Assembly (NCBI GenBank): GCA_965657355.1
Contig: CBFHOE010000009.1
Span: 64,001 to 128,000 of the forward strand
Reading direction: 5' to 3'
Source: Limisphaerales bacterium
GTDB lineage: Bacteria > Verrucomicrobiota > Verrucomicrobiia > Limisphaerales > JAJOIW01
Length of the DNA: 64,000 bases
Below, piece after piece: positions 58,813 to 64,000 of the stretch. Under the pieces are notes generated by a model. The model was not told where the DNA came from, searched no databases, and worked only from the letters and a program-made list of their open reading frames with translations. The position numbers were made by a program, and so were the translations under genes. Position 1 is the stretch's first letter. The number at the start of each line of letters is the position of its first letter.

Positions 58813-60717
58813 ATGAAAAGCAAACCAAACTTTTACCAAAATTTTCTCCTAAGACTGTTTTCGATTATCACGATCTTTACTTACGCATTTTCAACAAAGA
58901 GTGAAAATTTATCGGGAATACGGATCGATCAAGCCCAGGTCATCGGCACCCACAATTCATACCACGTGGCTCCACACCCTTCTCTTAGCAAGCTCATTCG
59001 CGCCACAAACGAAGAATTTGGCGATGCCTTAGAATACACGCATAGACCATTGATCGAGCAATTTGAAAAACTGGGAATAAGACAGATCGAACTTGACCTT
59101 TATGCGGACCCTATTGGCGGACATTACTCCAACCCAAAAGGTGTTGGCGTTGCCCGAACAGCCGGTTTACCTGACGTGCCAAATTTCGATCCTGACTCAA
59201 AATTAGCGACCCCGGGTTTAAAGATTTTGCATACACCCGATATCGACTACCAAACGACAGTCCTTACATTTAAAGATGCACTCCTTTTGATACAGGAGTG
59301 GTCGGATGCCAATCCGAGTCATTTTCCATTAACTATACTTATAGAATTAAAGGAAACTCCAAGTGGGCCCTTGCTTACCAAATCGATCAAATTTACGGAG
59401 GAAAGAATTCTCGATGTTGAAAAAGAGATTTTGGATGTGATGAACAAATCGGACATCATAACGCCTCAATTGGTCCGTGGTGAATATAAAACACTGAGAG
59501 AAGCCGTGCTCAACAAAGGCTGGCCACTCCTTGCTGATAGCAGAGGCAAAGTTATCTTTTGTTTGGATAATACAGGAAAACACAGAGATATTTATTTAAA
59601 GAACGATCCAAACCTGCACTCTCGCCTCCTCTTTCCCAGCGTTGATGAAAGTCATCCAGCAGCGGGATTCTTCAAAGTTAACGATCCCATACAAAATTTT
59701 AATAAGATACAGAGCCTTGTGAGCAAAGGATTTATGGTAAGAACCAGGGCTGATATTCCTACAAAAAATGCTCGAACAAATAATACCGTACAACGCGAAA
59801 AAGCTTTTGCTAGTGGAGCGCAACTTATTAGCACCGATTATCCCGAGCCAAACCCTTCGTTTAGTCTCTATTCAGTGAGATTCCCAGGTCATAAAATTGC
59901 AATCTCAAATCCAGTAAGCGGAAATAAATTATGGAATGAATTTGATTTAGAAAAGGACCTCATAAAATTCTCTAATTCACCTCCAAAAGACATTGGTGAA
60001 TACCTTTCGAGAATGGCATTCAAAGCTCACAACAAAAGGGCGTTGAGTGAAGCCAGTGCCTATTATAAGAAATTGCTGGAACTAGATCCTGCTGAGAATC
60101 TGACCGAGGTAGAAAAGAATTTAATAATATCAGTGGCACCAGACTTACTTAAAATAAAAGATGAACCTTTTATTTTAAGAGATGCCATTGCTGTCCATCA
60201 CCCAACCAAACCCATTATAGCTTACCACCTGATGTGGGGTGACGACATCGATTTTCCCGCAGACAATGACCCGGTTGACCATGAGGTCGTTTGGGTGAGT
60301 TATTCAATCGATTCACTAAAACCGACATTTATCCACACCTACTTCCATGGACAAATTTTAACTATCAAGGCTCCTCAAGAACCTCTAATTGGAATCGAAT
60401 GGGGCAAACATGGAAGCATACCACTTTTAGAAAACAATCAGATCAGTAAGGGACTTTCAGGATTGAAAAAAAATTGGCAAAGACTAAATGGGCGCGGAAT
60501 TAGAAAGCCTAAACATCCATTTAGTAATCAGTGGCCCAAAAAATTTCCAGGCACCTTCGAAGATTACCTGGAGTTTAAACACCCTGAAAATTTGGTTAAA
60601 CACTTAAAGTCCAAAAATATGATGATAAAAGGGAAATGGGCGAATGCCATCATTGATCAAATTTTCCTACCTTATAATTTTTCTGCCAAAATGGAATGGC
60701 CTGATTCGTTTTATTGA
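58813..60717 (+). CDS. Ca2+-dependent PI-PLC-like phosphodiesterase with an additional C-terminal domain
   Basis: GTHNSYH, GIRQIELDL, WSDANPSHFP, IELKE, RTRAD and SGAQLISTDYP, followed by about 240 extra residues. Confidence 0.85.
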   Translation: MKSKPNFYQNFLLRLFSIITIFTYAFSTKSENLSGIRIDQAQVIGTHNSYHVAPHPSLSKLIRATNEEFGDALEYTHRPLIEQFEKLGIRQIELDLYADPIGGHYSNPKGVGVARTAGLPDVPNFDPDSKLATPGLKILHTPDIDYQTTVLTFKDALLLIQEWSDANPSHFPLTILIELKETPSGPLLTKSIKFTEERILDVEKEILDVMNKSDIITPQLVRGEYKTLREAVLNKGWPLLADSRGKVIFCLDNTGKHRDIYLKNDPNLHSRLLFPSVDESHPAAGFFKVNDPIQNFNKIQSLVSKGFMVRTRADIPTKNARTNNTVQREKAFASGAQLISTDYPEPNPSFSLYSVRFPGHKIAISNPVSGNKLWNEFDLEKDLIKFSNSPPKDIGEYLSRMAFKAHNKRALSEASAYYKKLLELDPAENLTEVEKNLIISVAPDLLKIKDEPFILRDAIAVHHPTKPIIAYHLMWGDDIDFPADNDPVDHEVVWVSYSIDSLKPTFIHTYFHGQILTIKAPQEPLIGIEWGKHGSIPLLENNQISKGLSGLKKNWQRLNGRGIRKPKHPFSNQWPKKFPGTFEDYLEFKHPENLVKHLKSKNMMIKGKWANAIIDQIFLPYNFSAKMEWPDSFY

Positions 60718-60883
60718 TTTTCAACTTGTTAAATCCGCTAACCCTCTGGGTCTGACTACCATTTTTAAATACGCCGCATGCAGCCGTATAGAAATACCCG
60801 ATTCATGGTGATGGATTTCAAAAAGCCTTTTAATTCAATCGAGAATGGTATACTGGTAACGCTAAGCCTTGAAAGATGAAGTT

Positions 60884-61657
60884 ATGGTTAATTACAAAAG
60901 AGACATCTCGCCCGACAAGAATGGATTCACATTGATTGAGCTTTTAGTCGTTATAGCAATAATTGCTATATTGGCTTCGATGATTCTACCAGCTTTAGGA
61001 AAGGCCAAAGAAAAAGCAAAGAGGACATACTGCTCAAACAATCTCAGGCAAATGGGAATTGCCGCGCGTGTTTATTCAGATAACTTCAACGGCTACTATC
61101 CTTACACCTTCCAGGTCAGAGGTAATAATGTGACCCGAAAGGCATGGTTTAATTTTCTTCAAGAATACCAACACACCACAAACATACTCCACTGCCCAAC
61201 TCAAAGTAAGGCCTTCAAAAAACTCTACGCCGTTTACTCCTCGGATAGAAATGATAAAGCTATTTCAAACTACATGGCAAATTTCAGACTTGGTGGCTGC
61301 GATTGGCCAAACGTTTGGGATATCAAAAATTGGGGCCCAATAAAAGATTCAGCTATAAAATTTCCGGCAAGAACCGTCTATATGACTGATGGTGGAGCTC
61401 GCCCTTTAAACTCCAGAAATCGATTCAAAGCTGTGACCACGCAATCACAAGAAAAACCAGGCGCATGGGTTCTTCACGATCCAGGGAATAGCAGCCCATG
61501 CGGTGGATGCGTTATCTCTGCAGATCCAAACTGGGGTGGCCCTCACCTGCGCCACCAAGGCAAAAGCTCTGTAGCTTTCGCTGATGGCCATGTCGAAACC
61601 CTTCCCGCCAGCAAATGGTATTGGTCTAACTCTCCATGGCTAGATCCAGCTCGGTAG
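60884..61657 (+). CDS. Prepilin-type N-methylation domain protein with an H-X9-DG motif (PVC type)
   Basis: [32 protein letters not shown] and [15 protein letters not shown]. Confidence 0.92.
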   Translation: MVNYKRDISPDKNGFTLIELLVVIAIIAILASMILPALGKAKEKAKRTYCSNNLRQMGIAARVYSDNFNGYYPYTFQVRGNNVTRKAWFNFLQEYQHTTNILHCPTQSKAFKKLYAVYSSDRNDKAISNYMANFRLGGCDWPNVWDIKNWGPIKDSAIKFPARTVYMTDGGARPLNSRNRFKAVTTQSQEKPGAWVLHDPGNSSPCGGCVISADPNWGGPHLRHQGKSSVAFADGHVETLPASKWYWSNSPWLDPAR

Positions 61658-61955
61658 TTCCAAAAGTACGCCTATTTTACTAAAAAGCATGATATGCACA
61701 GGCCATAACCCATGGCTCCCGCAGTTATTATGGAAAAAAGAATCTCCAAATGTGATGGAAGATTCTCGTATTTGGAGTGAAACATTATGCCCAACTCACA
61801 TTCTTGATTTAAGGACAACAAGAGAACAGAAAACCCATCGCTGTTTTTCTTAAACAAGGACACCAGTTTACATAGACCCACTTGCAAACATTACCAAACA
61901 GGACAACTCAATATTCTAGAAAACCCGCATGCATGGCAGCTTCTGAAAGTCACAT

Positions 61956-61985
61956 AAAAAAACCCCTCATTGATATGAGAGGTTT
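61956..61985 (-). terminator. Rho-independent terminator of the LamG-metallophosphoesterase gene
   Basis: The minus strand reads AAACCTCTCAT-ATCA-ATGAGGGGTTT then TTTT: an 11-bp stem with one G-U pair, about 23 nt after the stop. Confidence 0.75.
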
Positions 61986-62008
61986 GGAAAACAAGAGAGG
62001 TTCTATTT

Positions 62009-63865
62009 TTATTTATTCAAATCAAAAGTATCAAAAAGTCTGCCATCAAGGTCGTAGGCTTTGAAGGCGAGCTTCGAACCATTAATCCAAATCATAGCAT
62101 AGTGGTGTCCTCTTCTAACAATGTGCTCAAATGGGGTTCTAAAAGGACCCGGTGTTTCCAATCCACCACCACCACCACCTGTAATCATATAAAATGGAGC
62201 ATCACGATCCACTGGTTTGCCGCCTTTGATTTGCCAAGTTCTTTCGTAGGAGTGAATATGGCCATTTAAAACTATGTCGACACCATATTTGTCGTATAGA
62301 GTCGTAAGGTTACGAGCATTAAGGTCTCCCCTTCTGCTTTTATTGGTCTTCCAAAGGTTCCCATAATCATTTTCATCTGAGGAATATGGAGGGTGGTGAT
62401 GACAAACAAACTTCCATGTCGCATTCGATTGGGACAATTGGTTATCAAGCCATTTGTATTGCTCTGATTTAGGATCGCATTTTTTATTGGTATCGATCAT
62501 AAAGAACTGAGCATTTCCATAGGTAAAGGTGTAATAATATTCAGGCTCAGGAAGTGACATATATCGATAATAGTGGTCGGCGTTTTGTTCGTGATTACCC
62601 AACACGGGATAAAATGGAACACGAGAGACCAAAGGGTTCATACTCTCAAAATAGTCTTCTACCCACTGACGCTTAATTCTTCCAGTTGAGACCAAATCCC
62701 CAGCATGGATCATGAAGTTTGGACGCTGCTCCCAGGCTTGCACAGCAAGAGCGCCAGAAACCTTTGGATTACCTTGGGTATCACTAATTATGGCAAAGGC
62801 ATATGGAGTATCTGCTCCCCCATCAGTTTGAAAAGTCTTCACGGGAGACTCAATTTGTTCATCTCCATTTTTGCTGATGGCCTTGTAAAAATATTGAGTC
62901 CCCGGCTGAAGCTCGGTGATAGTTAACTCATGAATCTTACCAGATGATTTGACCGGAAGCATGGTATCGCACTCGCTTGTTTCTCCATAAAATAGAATAC
63001 CATCCGAGACAGCTGTTGTTTCCCACATCACTGTCATGGAGGTTTTTGTACCAAACTGCAAATACGGCTCGATAACGTGTTTTAATGGAGGGTTTTCTAT
63101 TTCATCAGGTGCAGGAAGTGCTGCTAATTTACTATTATGTTCAAATTCTTGTTTTACCCACTCCGCTTTTGCTGCCTGGTCATAAACGCTTATATTGACT
63201 ATTTCTCCAGTGTGCCCAAAGTCCTCGTTGGTGTCTTTATACCCTCCAATCGCCAGGTTTAACTTTTCCGGATACAAAACATCTCCAGATTGGATCGTAG
63301 TTGAGCTTTCTTTCTTCCCATTAACATATAGGTCCAATTCTTTGCCATCGTATGTTGCGACCACGTGGTAAAGAACGCCCAATTTGTAGGCCGATTTTGA
63401 CTCTAGATAAGTCATATACCCGTCACCATCATCAGCACCTTTGGTAGCCAAAGCTATGTAAAATCTTTCTGGGCCGTATCCAAGAACCCATCCTTGTTCT
63501 TCCCCACCATTATCTTCGATCACACCAAGGATACCGCCATATCCAAGTTCTTTGTATGTTGAGAACCAACTTGTGATAGTAAAGTCTCTCTTGGGTAGAT
63601 TATTCAGGTCGATTAATTTTGAAGAAGTAGGTTTCCCTCTAAAAATAAGTCCATTTTTACCTTCCTCGAATTTGTTGGCAATATTGATATCGGGACCCTT
63701 TTGAGCGACGATATCACCAGACTTGGAAACGAACTTCCCCTTCATGGAGTAATGCATCAAAGGGTTTGGTCCATCATGAGAAAAAAGGTTGCCGACCATT
63801 CCAATAAGAACGACAAGGAAGCACAGTAACCTTGAACACCGAGGAAAATTAAAGAATCTTTTCAT
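62009..63865 (-). CDS. LamG-like jelly-roll + FN3 + purple-acid-phosphatase-like metallophosphoesterase
   Basis: YHVVATYDG...LYVNG (LamG), PYLQ...VMWET...LQPGTQYFY (FN3), then SDTQ, HAGDLV, LGNHE, HHPPY and GHIHSYER. Confidence 0.9.
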   Translation of the reverse strand: MKRFFNFPRCSRLLCFLVVLIGMVGNLFSHDGPNPLMHYSMKGKFVSKSGDIVAQKGPDINIANKFEEGKNGLIFRGKPTSSKLIDLNNLPKRDFTITSWFSTYKELGYGGILGVIEDNGGEEQGWVLGYGPERFYIALATKGADDGDGYMTYLESKSAYKLGVLYHVVATYDGKELDLYVNGKKESSTTIQSGDVLYPEKLNLAIGGYKDTNEDFGHTGEIVNISVYDQAAKAEWVKQEFEHNSKLAALPAPDEIENPPLKHVIEPYLQFGTKTSMTVMWETTAVSDGILFYGETSECDTMLPVKSSGKIHELTITELQPGTQYFYKAISKNGDEQIESPVKTFQTDGGADTPYAFAIISDTQGNPKVSGALAVQAWEQRPNFMIHAGDLVSTGRIKRQWVEDYFESMNPLVSRVPFYPVLGNHEQNADHYYRYMSLPEPEYYYTFTYGNAQFFMIDTNKKCDPKSEQYKWLDNQLSQSNATWKFVCHHHPPYSSDENDYGNLWKTNKSRRGDLNARNLTTLYDKYGVDIVLNGHIHSYERTWQIKGGKPVDRDAPFYMITGGGGGGLETPGPFRTPFEHIVRRGHHYAMIWINGSKLAFKAYDLDGRLFDTFDLNK

Positions 63866-64000
63866 AAAGTCGTCATTTTAGTTGGTATATGTTACAATTT
63901 CATGGCTGAATCACTATAAAACTTTAAAGCTGTTATGAATGTTAAAAATTTACCATTTCCATAATACGAGGTGGTAATTTTACTGAAAATTATTTTCACC

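Noticed and set aside
60884..61657. Type IV pilus or type II secretion locus
   Set aside because: This is a lone H-X9-DG prepilin-like gene of the kind PVC genomes carry in many copies, with no assembly genes nearby.
61672..62064. Short ORFs 61672-61887 (-) and 61882-62064 (+)
   Set aside because: They lack recognisable motifs, start at non-ATG codons, and one runs across a terminator into a convergent gene.
62163..62180. (CCA)n trinucleotide run
   Set aside because: It encodes the Gly-rich TGGGGGG motif usual near the C-terminus of these metallophosphoesterases, not a contingency repeat.
63866..64000. Possible Pho-box-like TAACA repeats upstream of the metallophosphoesterase
   Set aside because: The spacing is irregular and the region is AT-rich, so they are not distinguishable from chance.
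1..64000. CRISPR arrays, tRNA/rRNA genes, transposases, integrases, prophage or defence systems
   Set aside because: I saw no regularly spaced repeats, cloverleaf or rRNA signatures, or recombinase/nuclease motifs by eye. Weak ncRNAs in intergenic gaps cannot be excluded without an Infernal/Rfam search.

Overview
This is a gene-dense, AT-rich (roughly 40% GC by eye) bacterial chromosomal segment with a PVC-superphylum gene repertoire, most likely a marine Verrucomicrobiota. That call is an inference from the PSCyt/DUF1549/DUF1553 + DUF1501 pairs, a DUF1592 + DUF1552 pair, an H-X9-DG prepilin-like protein, many sulfatases and NhaA. The window holds about 38 credible CDSs. (1) Five sulfatase genes carry six catalytic domains, including a tandem double sulfatase and a sulfatase-esterase fusion. 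(2) Three genes encode phosphoester hydrolases (PhoD-like, PI-PLC-like, LamG-metallophosphoesterase). (3) A minus-strand catabolic block at about 22.9-34.6 kb runs from a sulfatase through a CYP236-like (sugar O-demethylase-type) P450 and an N-acylglucosamine 2-epimerase to a beta-hydroxyacid dehydrogenase, a TIM-barrel isomerase and a TRAP transporter. (4) A C30 carotenoid operon (crtN-TPR gene-crtP-crtQ-crtO-aldH) lacks crtM and is preceded by CarH/LitR-like TAGACA repeats and a probable decayed tatC. (5) Several exported redox proteins have unusual architectures. I could not support any rRNA, tRNA, CRISPR array, transposase or phage gene. All family assignments come from motif recognition by eye, not from database searches.
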